Shown here in pieces: positions 23,270-33,425 of a DNA stretch of 64,000 bases. Position 1 is the stretch's first letter. Each line of letters starts with the position of its first letter. The position numbers were made by a program, and so were the translations under genes. The DNA comes from Acidimicrobiaceae bacterium (GTDB lineage Bacteria; Actinomycetota; Acidimicrobiia; Acidimicrobiales; RAAP-2), in contig CANGPS010000007.1 of assembly GCA_947456245.1 (NCBI GenBank), forward strand, positions 12,462 through 76,461, in the 5' to 3' direction. The notes under the pieces are model-generated. The model was not told where the DNA came from. It made no database searches and worked only from the letters and a program-made list of their open reading frames with translations.

Positions 23270-24061
23270 CTAGCCCAGGACCCGGTTGAGGCGCCCGGAG
23301 GCCAGGCCCTCGAGGTCCAGCGCGCAGAACGCGAACCCGGCCGACCGACAGGCGGACACGATCTCGGCGCGTCGGGCAACCGCCATCTCCAGCTCGTCCT
23401 CTGGCACCTCCACCAGGGCGACCTCGCCGTGGTGTCGGACCCGCAGATCGGTGAACCCGATCGCCCGGAGGGCCGCCTCGGCACGCTCGACGGACCGGAG
23501 CCGGGTCATCGTGACCGGCGTGCCGTAGGGAAGGCGCGAGGCCAGACAGGGCGATGACGGCTTGTCGGCGGTGGGGAGCTCGAGCAGGGCGGACTCTGAC
23601 CGGATGGTCGCCTTGTCCATGGCCAGATCGACCAGCGGGAACCTCGCGCCGCGCTCGGCCGCCGCCTCCTGGCCGGGACGATGGTCGCCGAGGTCGTCCA
23701 CGTTGACCCCGAGGACCACGGTCGCTCCGCGCTCGAGGGCGAGGGGGCCGAGCGCGTCCATCAGGTGGGTCTTGCACCAGGCGCAACGGTCAGGACCGTT
23801 CGCCACGTAGCGCGGATCCGCCAGCTCGTCGGTGGACACGACCAGGTGGTTCAGCCCATGTCGCACGGCGAGCTCCCGGGCCGCTGCCTCCTCTGTGTCG
23901 GCCAGCGAGGCCGAGCTCGCAGTGACGCACAGCGCGTCGTCGCCGAGCGCCTCGGTGGCGGCGACGGCAAGGTAGGTCGAGTCCACCCCGCCGGAGAAGG
24001 CGACCACCACCGGGCCGATCTGGCGGAGGTGCTCGACGAGCCGCTCCGTGGTCGGCGTCAC
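23270..24061 (-). CDS. PP-loop ATP-utilising enzyme, LarE-like (TIGR00268-type) sulfur transferase family
   Basis: 263 aa. PP-loop VAFSGGVDSTYL; conserved ...KPSSPCLASRLPYG Cys region as in LarE. Confidence 0.65.
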   Translation of the reverse strand: MTPTTERLVEHLRQIGPVVVAFSGGVDSTYLAVAATEALGDDALCVTASSASLADTEEAAARELAVRHGLNHLVVSTDELADPRYVANGPDRCAWCKTHLMDALGPLALERGATVVLGVNVDDLGDHRPGQEAAAERGARFPLVDLAMDKATIRSESALLELPTADKPSSPCLASRLPYGTPVTMTRLRSVERAEAALRAIGFTDLRVRHHGEVALVEVPEDELEMAVARRAEIVSACRSAGFAFCALDLEGLASGRLNRVLG

Positions 24062-24747
24062 CGGGTGATGGAGCCGAGCACCTCGTCGATCGACCCGACC
24101 ATGCCCGTGTAGAAGGGTCCGAACTCCGCGTAGAGCGTCGAGGCCTCGTCGAAGCGCATCGTGTAGACGCAGTCCTTGACGTCATCAGGGTGCACCCCGA
24201 ACAGGGTGACGCCCCACTCCCAGTCGTCGAGGCCGGTCGAGCCGGTCACGACCTGCAGGATCCGCCCATGGAACTCCCGGCCGGACTTGCCGTGCGCCAT
24301 CATCAGCTCGCGACGGTCGTCATAGGGCAGCGCGTACCAGTTGTTGGCCTCGCCCCGCCGCTTCGACATCGGGTAGAAGCAGAAGGACCGCATGTCCTCC
24401 GGAGGGAGCTTGGGGTGCAGGCGCGCCTCCAAGATGTGCTCGGGCGTGCTCGTGGCGTACTCCGACACCTCGGTCAGCGACACATAGGACTCGACCACCT
24501 CGAGGCCGGCGGCCTCGAGGCCGGTCTGGAGGCGGCGCAGCGCCCAGAGGTCCTCGGCGGTGGCCATGACGCAGGCGTCGGCCTTGTGGCCGACGATGGC
24601 CGCCAGCACCACCTGGCAGCCTTCGTCCTTCGCCGAGGCCACGGCCGCCTCGACGGCCGACCGGTCGGTCCCGGGGCGGGCCTTGACGAAGAGGTGGATG
24701 ACGTTCCACCCCACCGAGGGGGACAGGGGCTCAGGCGTGTTCTCCAC
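24058..24747 (-). CDS. chdC: coproheme decarboxylase / hydrogen-peroxide-dependent heme synthase (chlorite dismutase family)
   Basis: 229 aa. ...FCFYPMSKRR...NWYALPYDDRRELMMAHGKSGREF...ILQVVTGSTGLDDWEWGVTLF, typical of actinobacterial HemQ/ChdC. Confidence 0.8.
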   Translation of the reverse strand: MENTPEPLSPSVGWNVIHLFVKARPGTDRSAVEAAVASAKDEGCQVVLAAIVGHKADACVMATAEDLWALRRLQTGLEAAGLEVVESYVSLTEVSEYATSTPEHILEARLHPKLPPEDMRSFCFYPMSKRRGEANNWYALPYDDRRELMMAHGKSGREFHGRILQVVTGSTGLDDWEWGVTLFGVHPDDVKDCVYTMRFDEASTLYAEFGPFYTGMVGSIDEVLGSITR

Positions 24748-24806
24748 GGGTCCATGCTACGCCCGGAGGCGCCGGGGCCTGCCCGCGCCGAGCTCAGGCC
24801 CCGGTC

Positions 24807-24829
24807 GGTGGCGGGGTCGACCCGCCACC
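24807..24829 (-). terminator. GC-rich hairpin downstream of the trpB-like gene
   Basis: GGTGGCGGG-gtcga-CCCGCCACC, a perfect 9-bp stem. No U-tract, which is common in high-GC actinobacteria. Confidence 0.4.
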
Positions 24830-24855
24830 GATCAGGACCGAGCGATCGGCGGCGA

Positions 24856-26235
24856 TCAGCCGGCGGGGACCGACGGGAGGGTCGAGAGGCCCTCGGCGAG
24901 GCGGGCCTCGTCGAACTGCTCGTCGACCATGCGCCCCGCGATGTAGGCGTCGTAGGCGGCGAGGTCGAAGTGGCCGTGACCGCACAGGGCCGTCAGGATC
25001 ACCGTCTCCTCGCCGGTCTCCTTGGCCCGGAGCGCCTCCTGGATGGTGGCGGCGAGGGCGTGGGTCGGCTCAGGCGCCGGGACGATGCCCTCGGTGCGGG
25101 CGAACTGCAGGCCGGCGGCGAAGCACTCGGACTGCGGGACGCTGATGGCCTCCATGAGGCCGAGCTCGTAGACATGGCTGATCAGCGGGGACATCCCGTG
25201 GTAGCGCAGGCCACCGGCGTGGATCGGGTCCGGGACGAAGTCGTGGCCGAGGGTGTGCATCTTCATCAGCGGCGTCATCCCGGCAGAGTCACCGAAGTCG
25301 TAGGCGTAGGTGCCGCGGGTCAGCGACGGGCACGAGGCCGGCTCGACGGCGCGGATGATCGGCGACATGTTGCCGGCGAGCTTCTCGCGCAGGAACGGGA
25401 AGGCGAGGCCGGCGAAGTTCGAGCCACCGCCGGTGCAGCCGACGATGACGTCCGGAGCAGCCTCCCCGGCCTTGGCCAGCTGCAGGATCGCCTCCTCGCC
25501 GATGATCGTCTGGTGCATCAGGACGTGGTTGAGGACGCTGCCGAGGGCGTAGCGGACCTCCGGGTCCGGAGCGGCGACCTCGACGGCCTCGGAGATGGCG
25601 ATGCCGAGGGAGCCTGGGTGGTTCGCGTCCTGGGCGAGGTAGGCGCGGCCGGCCTCGGTGAGCTCAGAGGGCGAGCGGTGGACGATGCCGCCGAATGCCT
25701 CGATCATGAGGCGGCGGTAGGGCTTCTGGTCGTAGCTCGCACCCACCTGCCAGACCTCGCACTCGAGGTCGAACAGGGCGCAGGCGAAGGCGAGAGCGGT
25801 GCCCCACTGGCCGGCACCGGTCTCGGTGGTGAGCTTCTTCACCCCGGCAAGCTTGTTGTAGTACGCCTGCGGGACCGCCGTGTTGGGCTTGTGGCTCCCG
25901 GCCGGGCTCACGCCCTCGTACTTGTAGTAGATGTGCGCCGGGGTCCCGAGCGCCGCCTCGAGGCGGTGAGCCCGGAACAGTGGCGATGGCCTCCACTGGC
26001 GGTACACGTCGAGGACGGCGCCGGGGATGTCGATGTAGCGCTCTTGGGAGACCTCCTGGAGGATGAGGTCCATCGGGAACAGCGGGGCGAAGTCCTCGGG
26101 GCCCGCCGGCTCGAGCGTGCCGGGGTGCAGCGCCGGCGGCGGCGGCTCGGGCAGGTCCGGCACGATGTTGTACCAGGCGGTCGGCATCTCCGACTCGTCG
26201 AGCAGGATCTTGTGCTGGCGGACGGTCTCGTCCAT
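24856..26235 (-). CDS. TrpB-like PLP-dependent enzyme (tryptophan synthase beta, type 2)
   Basis: Trimmed to [34 protein letters not shown]..., the characteristic TrpB2 N-terminus. PLP lysine region GSHKPNTA. No other trp genes nearby. Confidence 0.8.
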   Translation of the reverse strand: MDETVRQHKILLDESEMPTAWYNIVPDLPEPPPPALHPGTLEPAGPEDFAPLFPMDLILQEVSQERYIDIPGAVLDVYRQWRPSPLFRAHRLEAALGTPAHIYYKYEGVSPAGSHKPNTAVPQAYYNKLAGVKKLTTETGAGQWGTALAFACALFDLECEVWQVGASYDQKPYRRLMIEAFGGIVHRSPSELTEAGRAYLAQDANHPGSLGIAISEAVEVAAPDPEVRYALGSVLNHVLMHQTIIGEEAILQLAKAGEAAPDVIVGCTGGGSNFAGLAFPFLREKLAGNMSPIIRAVEPASCPSLTRGTYAYDFGDSAGMTPLMKMHTLGHDFVPDPIHAGGLRYHGMSPLISHVYELGLMEAISVPQSECFAAGLQFARTEGIVPAPEPTHALAATIQEALRAKETGEETVILTALCGHGHFDLAAYDAYIAGRMVDEQFDEARLAEGLSTLPSVPAG

Positions 26236-26328
26236 GGTGTGGCCTCCCGTTGGGTCGCGTGGCCACAAGATACCCAAGCCGTCCGCCGACCGCACCTCGC
26301 TCCTCGATCCCCATCGACGCCGGGGCGC

Positions 26329-26358
26329 GAGACAGGCGGCCCGCAGGCCGCCCGTCTC
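26329..26358 (-). terminator. long GC hairpin downstream of groEL
   Basis: GAGACAGGCGGCC-cgca-GGCCGCCCGTCTC, a 13-bp stem with one mismatch, 23 nt past the groEL stop. Confidence 0.5.
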
Positions 26359-26380
26359 AACGCACTGAGGCAGGGACCGA

Positions 26381-28048
<1,668 letters not shown>

Positions 28049-28075
28049 TTAGCACTCTGGACGAGGGAGTGCTAG
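28049..28075 (-). promoter_or_regulatory. CIRCE element (HrcA operator)
   Basis: TTAGCACTC-tggacgagg-GAGTGCTAG, i.e. 9-N9-9 with one mismatch to the TTAGCACTC-N9-GAGTGCTAA consensus, 49 nt upstream of the groEL start. Confidence 0.85.
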
Positions 28076-28119
28076 CAGACGGACCTCAGGACTGCCAATG
28101 GCGTGTCCGGCCGACAGCC

Positions 28120-28395
28120 TCAGCCGCCGGCGACCGCCGGGACGATCGAGAGGACCTGACCCTCGGTCACCGGAGTCTCGAGGCCGTCGAGGAAGCGGAC
28201 ATCCTCATCAGCGAGGAAGACGTTGACGAAGCGGCGCAGGGCGCCTCCCTCGTCGAAGATCCGCTCGCCGAAGCCGGGGTTGGTGGCGTCGAGCGCACGC
28301 AGGGCGTCACCGACGGTGGCGGCCTCGACGGAGATCTCTCCGACGCCGCCGGTGAGCTGGCGGAGCTGGGTGGGGATGCGGACGGTGATGGCCAT
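28120..28395 (-). CDS. MoaD/ThiS-family sulfur-carrier protein ending in Gly-Gly
   Basis: Trimmed to MAITVRIPTQLRQLTGG...VLSIVPAVAGG-stop (91 aa). Beta-grasp carrier pattern and diglycine C-terminus. Confidence 0.8.
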   Translation of the reverse strand: MAITVRIPTQLRQLTGGVGEISVEAATVGDALRALDATNPGFGERIFDEGGALRRFVNVFLADEDVRFLDGLETPVTEGQVLSIVPAVAGG

Positions 28396-28459
28396 GGTGG
28401 TTCTCCTTGGGTTCGAAGCGGGTTCTGGGGTGGCAGGCGGGGCTGGCGGTCTGGCGCGA

Positions 28460-29707
28460 TCAGGCGCGCACGGGGTCGTCGAGGCCCAGGGCGAGATCGA
28501 AGGCGTCGAGGGTGGGGGCGATCGTGTGGCTCGGGCCGACGTGGCCGGTGAGGGCCTCGACCGTCTTGAGCCCATGGCCGGAGACGATGGCGACGGTCCG
28601 CTCGTCAGGCCGGATGACCCCCTCGGCAGCGAGCTTGGCCAGGGTGGCGATCGTCACCCCACCTGCGGTCTCCGCGAAGATCCCCTCGGTGCGGGCCAGC
28701 AGCTTGATGCCCTCGATGATCTCGGCATCGGTGACCGACCCGCAGGCACCGCCGGTCCGGCGGATCACGTCGAGCGCGTACCAGCCGTCGGCCGGGTTCC
28801 CGATGGCCAGGGACTTGGCGATGGTGTCAGGGCGGACCGGGGCGATGGCGTCGACCTTGTTGGCGAAGGCGGTGGCCACCGGAGAGCAGCCCGACGCCTG
28901 CGCCCCGGAGACCCGCACCGCGGGGATCTCGTCGAGGATGCCCACCTTGCCGAGCTCGGCGAAGCCCTTGTCGACCTTGGTCAGCTGTGAGCCCGACGCG
29001 ATCGGGACCACGACGTGATCGGGTGCCTGCCACCCGAGCTGCTCGGCGATCTCGAAGGCGAGGGTCTTGGACCCCTCGGCGTAGTACGACCGGACGTTCA
29101 CGTTCACGAAGGCCCAGGACGGTCGCTCGCTCGTGAGCTCGGCGCACAGGCGGTTCACGTCGTCGTAGGTCCCCTCGACGGCGATCACCTCGCCGCCGTA
29201 GACCGAGGTCATCATGATCTTCGCCGCCTCGAGGTTCGAGGGGATCAGCACGACCGAGGCCATGCCGGCACGAGCCGCGTGAGCGGCCACCGAGTTGGCC
29301 AGGTTGCCCGTCGAGGCGCAGGCGGCCACCTTGAACCCGAGCTGGCGGGCCTTGGTCAGCGCCACCGACACCACGCGGTCCTTGAAGGACCCCGTGGGGT
29401 TGGCCGTGTCGTCCTTGATCCAGAGCTCCTTGAGGCCGAGCTCGGCACCGAGGCGCTCGGCCCGCACCAGCGGGGTGTAGCCGGCACCGAGGTCGACCGG
29501 CGACGACTCCGAGATCGGGAGGAGGTCGTGGTAGCGCCACATCGAGCGAGGGCCCGCCTCGATGGACGCTCGGGAGATCACCTTGGCGATCTCGTCGTAG
29601 TCGTAGGCGACCTCGAGGGGCCCGAAGCAGAAGTCGCACACGTGGAGCGCCTCGGCAGGGAAGTCCCGGCCACACTCACGACACCGCAGGCCAAGAACTG
29701 TCGACAT
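28460..29707 (-). CDS. threonine synthase family PLP enzyme (ThrC-like; candidate MetM-type homocysteine synthase)
   Basis: 415 aa. N-terminal Cys4 ribbon CRECG...CDFCFG; PLP lysine motif NPTGSFKDR. Sits behind a SAM-I riboswitch and in front of a MoaD-like carrier gene. Confidence 0.8.
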   Translation of the reverse strand: MSTVLGLRCRECGRDFPAEALHVCDFCFGPLEVAYDYDEIAKVISRASIEAGPRSMWRYHDLLPISESSPVDLGAGYTPLVRAERLGAELGLKELWIKDDTANPTGSFKDRVVSVALTKARQLGFKVAACASTGNLANSVAAHAARAGMASVVLIPSNLEAAKIMMTSVYGGEVIAVEGTYDDVNRLCAELTSERPSWAFVNVNVRSYYAEGSKTLAFEIAEQLGWQAPDHVVVPIASGSQLTKVDKGFAELGKVGILDEIPAVRVSGAQASGCSPVATAFANKVDAIAPVRPDTIAKSLAIGNPADGWYALDVIRRTGGACGSVTDAEIIEGIKLLARTEGIFAETAGGVTIATLAKLAAEGVIRPDERTVAIVSGHGLKTVEALTGHVGPSHTIAPTLDAFDLALGLDDPVRA

Positions 29708-29718
29708 TGCAACTCCTT

Positions 29719-29812
29719 CTCATCGATCGGGCGTTGGCACCCAACTCGGCGATCGCTCACCGGTCTGGTTGCCGCAGCGTCAAAGGGCCCGTCCCTCAGC
29801 TGCTCTGGATGA
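29719..29812 (-). promoter_or_regulatory. SAM-I (S-box) riboswitch
   Basis: Minus strand: UCAUCCAGAGCAGCUGAGGGACGGGCCCUUUGACGCUGCGGCAACCAGACCGGUGAGCGAUCGCCGAGUUGGGUGCCAACGCCCGAUCGAUGAG. It contains the conserved AGAG, GAGGGA, GGCCC, UGA, GCAACC and GGUGCCAA blocks and P1 pairing UCAUC/GAUGA. The SD GAAGGAG follows immediately, then the ATG at 29707. Confidence 0.85.
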
Positions 29813-29889
29813 TGTGGTCATTCTCGCTCAGCCCGCCGGGCCGCGTCAATGCCGCTCCGAAGTTCGGGTCGAGCCACTAGACAAGACCT

Positions 29890-30684
29890 GTGACCCCTCG
29901 CGATCCGATCGTCGGCACCACGGTGTTCGACGCCGCACAGCTCGCTGGGCCTGCCGTCAGGGCGGCCAAGGCCGACCACGTGGTCAGCGCCGTCATCCCC
30001 GCCCGGGACGAGGAGAAGACCATCGCCGCCGTCATCTCGGCCATCCACCCCTACCTCGCCGACGGCGGGCCGGGACTGGTCGACGAGGTGATCGTGGTCG
30101 ACGACGGTTCCACCGACGCCACCGTCGCCGAGGCGACCGCCGCCGGCGCCCGAGTCCTGTCCATCGACGGTGACGGCAAGGGCGGGGCGATGCGAGCCGG
30201 CGTGGACGTCGCCGCCGGCGACATCATCGTCTTCCTCGACGGCGATGTCGCCAACATGCGGCCCGACTACCTGCCACGTCTGGTCGGACCACTCCTGCTC
30301 GATCCCGAGGTGATGCTCGTCAAGGGGCACTACGACCGCTCGTTCGAGGGAGCGGCCACCGGCGGTGGGCGGGTCACCGAGCTCGCCGCGCGGCCCATCC
30401 TCGCCCTGCTCTTCCCGGAGCTCGCCGCCGTGCGTCAGCCCCTCGCCGGCGAGACGGCGCTGCGCAGAGAGGTGATCGAGTCCTGCGGCCTCGACAACGG
30501 CTACCGCGTGGAGATCGGGCTGCTCATCGATGTCTGGCGCACCTGGGGCATCGCCGCCATCGCCGAGGTCGACCTCGGTCTGCGCATCCACCGGAACCGA
30601 CCGCTCTCCCAGCTCGGGCCGATGGCCGCCGAGGTCATCGCCGCGGCGCTCGAGCGGAGCGGGATCGAGCCGACGTCCCCCTGA
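29890..30684 (+). CDS. gpgS: glucosyl-3-phosphoglycerate synthase-like GT-A glycosyltransferase (GT81/GT2-like)
   Basis: 264 aa, GTG start. VSAVIPARDEEKTI, VVDDGSTD, FLDGD (DxD), RVTELAARPIL...PLAGE pattern as in actinobacterial GpgS. Confidence 0.7.
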   Translation: MTPRDPIVGTTVFDAAQLAGPAVRAAKADHVVSAVIPARDEEKTIAAVISAIHPYLADGGPGLVDEVIVVDDGSTDATVAEATAAGARVLSIDGDGKGGAMRAGVDVAAGDIIVFLDGDVANMRPDYLPRLVGPLLLDPEVMLVKGHYDRSFEGAATGGGRVTELAARPILALLFPELAAVRQPLAGETALRREVIESCGLDNGYRVEIGLLIDVWRTWGIAAIAEVDLGLRIHRNRPLSQLGPMAAEVIAAALERSGIEPTSP

Positions 30685-30693
30685 GGGAGGTCC

Positions 30694-31260
30694 TCAGCTC
30701 GAGGCGTTGAGATCCGGGCCCACGACGACCACGAGGTCGTCACCATTGGCCCCGGGGACCGGCACGGAGGTGGTGAGCGGCTGCACCGCTGACGCCGGCA
30801 GCGAGAGGTCCTTGGCGAGCTGACGACCAGCCGCCCGGCGGCCGCCGGCGAAGTACACGGTCGTGCTCGGTGCCGTCGACGTGGCATTCACGGGCGGGAG
30901 CGTGCTCCAGCCCTGCTCCTGGAGCTTGGTCGTGACGGTCGTGGCCACGCCCGCCGACGAGGTGCCGTTCGCCACCTGGACCTGGATCTCCGAGCGGTCG
31001 ATCGGTGCGTGCTTCTTGTGCTTCGCCGGGCCGGCCGTGGTGGTGGTCACCTCTGCGGCCGATCCGCTCGGCTTCGAACCGTCGGCACCGGTCAGCGAGG
31101 ACAGCGCGATGAGCGCCACGACCACGAAGGCGATGGCCAGGAGCACCGCCCGGGTCGCGTCGAGGCCCCCTGCGTGGCCCGAAGGCCGATCGGGTGTCTC
31201 GGTCGGTGTCGGGTCGTCGGTCACTTCGAACAGCCTGCCAACCAGAGGGGCATCTGGCAA
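30694..31260 (-). CDS. LytR_C domain-containing membrane-anchored protein
   Basis: 188 aa. One TM helix (AVLLAIAFVVVALIAL), then IQVQVANGTSSAGVATTVTTKLQEQGW...VYFAGG, typical of the LytR C-terminal domain. Confidence 0.7.
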   Translation of the reverse strand: MPDAPLVGRLFEVTDDPTPTETPDRPSGHAGGLDATRAVLLAIAFVVVALIALSSLTGADGSKPSGSAAEVTTTTAGPAKHKKHAPIDRSEIQVQVANGTSSAGVATTVTTKLQEQGWSTLPPVNATSTAPSTTVYFAGGRRAAGRQLAKDLSLPASAVQPLTTSVPVPGANGDDLVVVVGPDLNASS

Positions 31261-31319
31261 GAGGGACCGGTGTCGGGAGCCCCCAGCCTGCTCCGCCTCC
31301 TATCCTTGGGGTCCGACCG

Positions 31320-31391
31320 GCCGGTGTGGCGCAGTGGTAGCGCAGGCGATTTGTAATCGTCAGGTCGTGGGTTCGATCCCCACCACCGGCT
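31320..31391 (+). tRNA. tRNA-Thr (anticodon TGT)
   Basis: Hand-folded cloverleaf. Acceptor GCCGGTG/CACCGGC; D arm GCGC-AGTGGTA-GCGC; anticodon arm GGCGA-TTTGTAA-TCGTC; T arm GTGGG-TTCGATC-CCCAC. CCA is not fully encoded. Confidence 0.9.
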
Positions 31392-31473
31392 CCGCGCGAC
31401 CCACGGGCCGCTCGCTTCGCCCCAGGGGATGCTCAGGCTTGCTGTGGGTCGCGCTGCAGGCGATCATCGGTCG

Positions 31474-31995
31474 GTGCCACGCGTCTCGGTCTTCATCGCC
31501 TCGTCGATCGACAACTACATCGCCACCAGCGATGACGGCCTCGACTGGCTCGACGAGGCCGTGGGGCCCGGCGAGGACTACGGCTACGACGCCCTCATGT
31601 CCACCGTCGACGCCCTGGCGATGGGCAGGGGCACGTGGGACGTCATCGCCTCGATCGACCCCCTGCCCTTCGGCGAGCGTCGCCTGTTCGCCTTCTCCCA
31701 CCGCCAGCCGACCGAGGAGCGAGCAGGCGTGACGTTCTGGGAGCGGAGCCCCAGAGCGGCGATGGACGAGTGGGACCGGCTCGGCATCGACCACGTCTAC
31801 CTCGACGGCGGACAGCTCATCTCGAGCTTCCTGGCCGACGGGCTCGTCGACGACCTCGTGCTGACCAAGATCCCCGTCCTCCTCAGATCGGGCCGACCGC
31901 TGTTCACACCCATCGAGCGCTCGACCGCGCTCCGCCTCGACGGGGTCGAGACCTTCCCGAGCGGGATCGTCAACCTCCGCTACTCCCGGGCCTGA
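31474..31995 (+). CDS. dihydrofolate reductase family protein (RibD_C type), paralog B
   Basis: GTG at 31474, in frame with track ORF 31429..31995. VPRVSVFIASSIDNYIATSDDGLDWLD...NLRYSRA. 173 aa, collinear with 9912..10433. Confidence 0.75.
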   Translation: MPRVSVFIASSIDNYIATSDDGLDWLDEAVGPGEDYGYDALMSTVDALAMGRGTWDVIASIDPLPFGERRLFAFSHRQPTEERAGVTFWERSPRAAMDEWDRLGIDHVYLDGGQLISSFLADGLVDDLVLTKIPVLLRSGRPLFTPIERSTALRLDGVETFPSGIVNLRYSRA

Positions 31996-32077
31996 CCCAC
32001 CGGCCGAGCACCATCACGAGGCGGGGCACCACCCTCCCGCCTTGCCTGGTTCTTCTCGATGGGGTGAGATGGACACC

Positions 32078-32521
32078 ATGGCGAAGAGCTCGGCGACCTC
32101 CACGCTCAAGGAGTTCCGAGCCTTCATCCTGCGTGGCAACGTCGTCGACCTCGCCGTGGCCGTCGCCATCGGCGCCGCCTTCACCGCGGTCGTCACCTCG
32201 CTGGTGGCCGCCTTCATCACGCCGATCATCGGTGCCATCTTCGGGAAGGACTTCGCCCACCTGGCGTTCACCGTGAACGGGTCGGTGTTCACCTACGGGC
32301 TCTTCATCAACGCCCTGCTGACGTTCCTGATCACCGCCACGGCGGTCTTCTTCTTCGTCGTCAAGCCCCTCCAGGCGCTCATGCGCCGCCTCGACATGGC
32401 CCCGGCCGACCCGCCACCGATGGACGCGTGTCCGGCCTGCCTCACCGAGATCCCCATCGCCTCGACGCGATGCCGTGCCTGCACCTCGGAGCTCGCCGAC
32501 GGGTGGGCCACCACCCCCTGA
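32078..32521 (+). CDS. mscL: large-conductance mechanosensitive channel MscL with C-terminal Cys4 extension
   Basis: MAKSSATSTLKEFRAFILRGNVVDLAVAVAIGAAFTAVV... is the canonical MscL TM1 region. The tail is ...MDACPACLTEIPIASTRCRAC. Starts at 32042 or 32069 are also possible. Confidence 0.85.
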   Translation: MAKSSATSTLKEFRAFILRGNVVDLAVAVAIGAAFTAVVTSLVAAFITPIIGAIFGKDFAHLAFTVNGSVFTYGLFINALLTFLITATAVFFFVVKPLQALMRRLDMAPADPPPMDACPACLTEIPIASTRCRACTSELADGWATTP

Positions 32522-32540
32522 CCGGACGGAGGACCCCCGC

Positions 32541-33425
32541 TCAGCCCAGCGTGCGCTGGCGGGCCACCTCGAACAGGGCGATCCCGCCGGCCACCGAGGC
32601 GTTGAGCGACTCGATCGACCCCACCTGCGGGATCGAGGCCAGCGCCGAGCAGCGCTTCCGGGTGAGGGGGGCGAGGCCCTTCTCCTCGCTGCCGATCACG
32701 AGGGCGACCGGCAGGTCGGTCAGCGGCGTGGCCCAGAGCGAGCGCTTGGCCTCCCCGGCGAGGCCCACCGTCTCGATCCCGGCCTTGCCCAGCTGCTCGA
32801 GGGCAGCGGGGATGCCGGGGACGAGGCAGAAGCGGAGGTGCTCGATGGCACCGGCCGCCACCTTGGCCACCGTCGGCGAGATCCGCACGGACCGGTGGCG
32901 GGGCAGGACCACGCCGGTCACGCCGGCGCCCTCGGCGCTGCGCAGCAGCGACCCGAGGTTGTGCGGGTCGGTGAGCCCGTCGCACACGAGCAGGAAGGGC
33001 TGGACGGAGAGCTCCGGGACCATGAGGTCCTCGAGCGGCACGGGCTTGAGCGAGCGAGCCCGGGCGAGGACGCCCTGGTGCGACTCGGTCAGCGCGATGC
33101 GCTCGAGCCGGGCCTTGGGGATCACCTCGAGCGGGATGTGATCGCGGCGGCACAGCGCCTCGATCCGATCGAGCTGCTCAGACGGGTCGAGCTCAGCCGC
33201 CATCGCCACGCGCTGCACGGGACGGGCCCGCGCCTCGAGCAGGGCGAGCACTGCCCGACGGCCCTCGATCTGGTCGCCCCCGAGCGTGTTGGGCCCGGGA
33301 CCGCTGCGGCGATCGGGCCGGCCCTGGCCGGGGCCTGATCCCGGCCGACGACCTCCGGGACGTCCGCCCGGCGGGCGGCCCTTGCCGCCCGAGCCCTTCA
33401 GGGGACGACGGGGTGCTGGGGTCAT
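32541..33425 (-). CDS. rlmB: 23S rRNA (guanosine-2'-O-)-methyltransferase RlmB (SpoU/TrmH family)
   Basis: Trimmed to MTPAPRRPLKGSGG... (294 aa). Gly/Arg-rich N-terminus; SpoU motifs LTDPHNLGSLLRSAEGAG, ALVIGSEEKGL, IPQVGSIESLNASVA. ATGA overlap with the ispF stop. Confidence 0.85.
   Translation of the reverse strand: MTPAPRRPLKGSGGKGRPPGGRPGGRRPGSGPGQGRPDRRSGPGPNTLGGDQIEGRRAVLALLEARARPVQRVAMAAELDPSEQLDRIEALCRRDHIPLEVIPKARLERIALTESHQGVLARARSLKPVPLEDLMVPELSVQPFLLVCDGLTDPHNLGSLLRSAEGAGVTGVVLPRHRSVRISPTVAKVAAGAIEHLRFCLVPGIPAALEQLGKAGIETVGLAGEAKRSLWATPLTDLPVALVIGSEEKGLAPLTRKRCSALASIPQVGSIESLNASVAGGIALFEVARQRTLG

Noticed and set aside
31261-31473. tRNA-Thr(TGT) as the attachment site of an integrated element containing DHFR-like paralog B.
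   Set aside because: There is no integrase, no repeat of the tRNA 3' end that I could find downstream, and no GC shift. The neighbouring genes (mscL, rlmB) are core. It is kept only as a note within the paralog finding.
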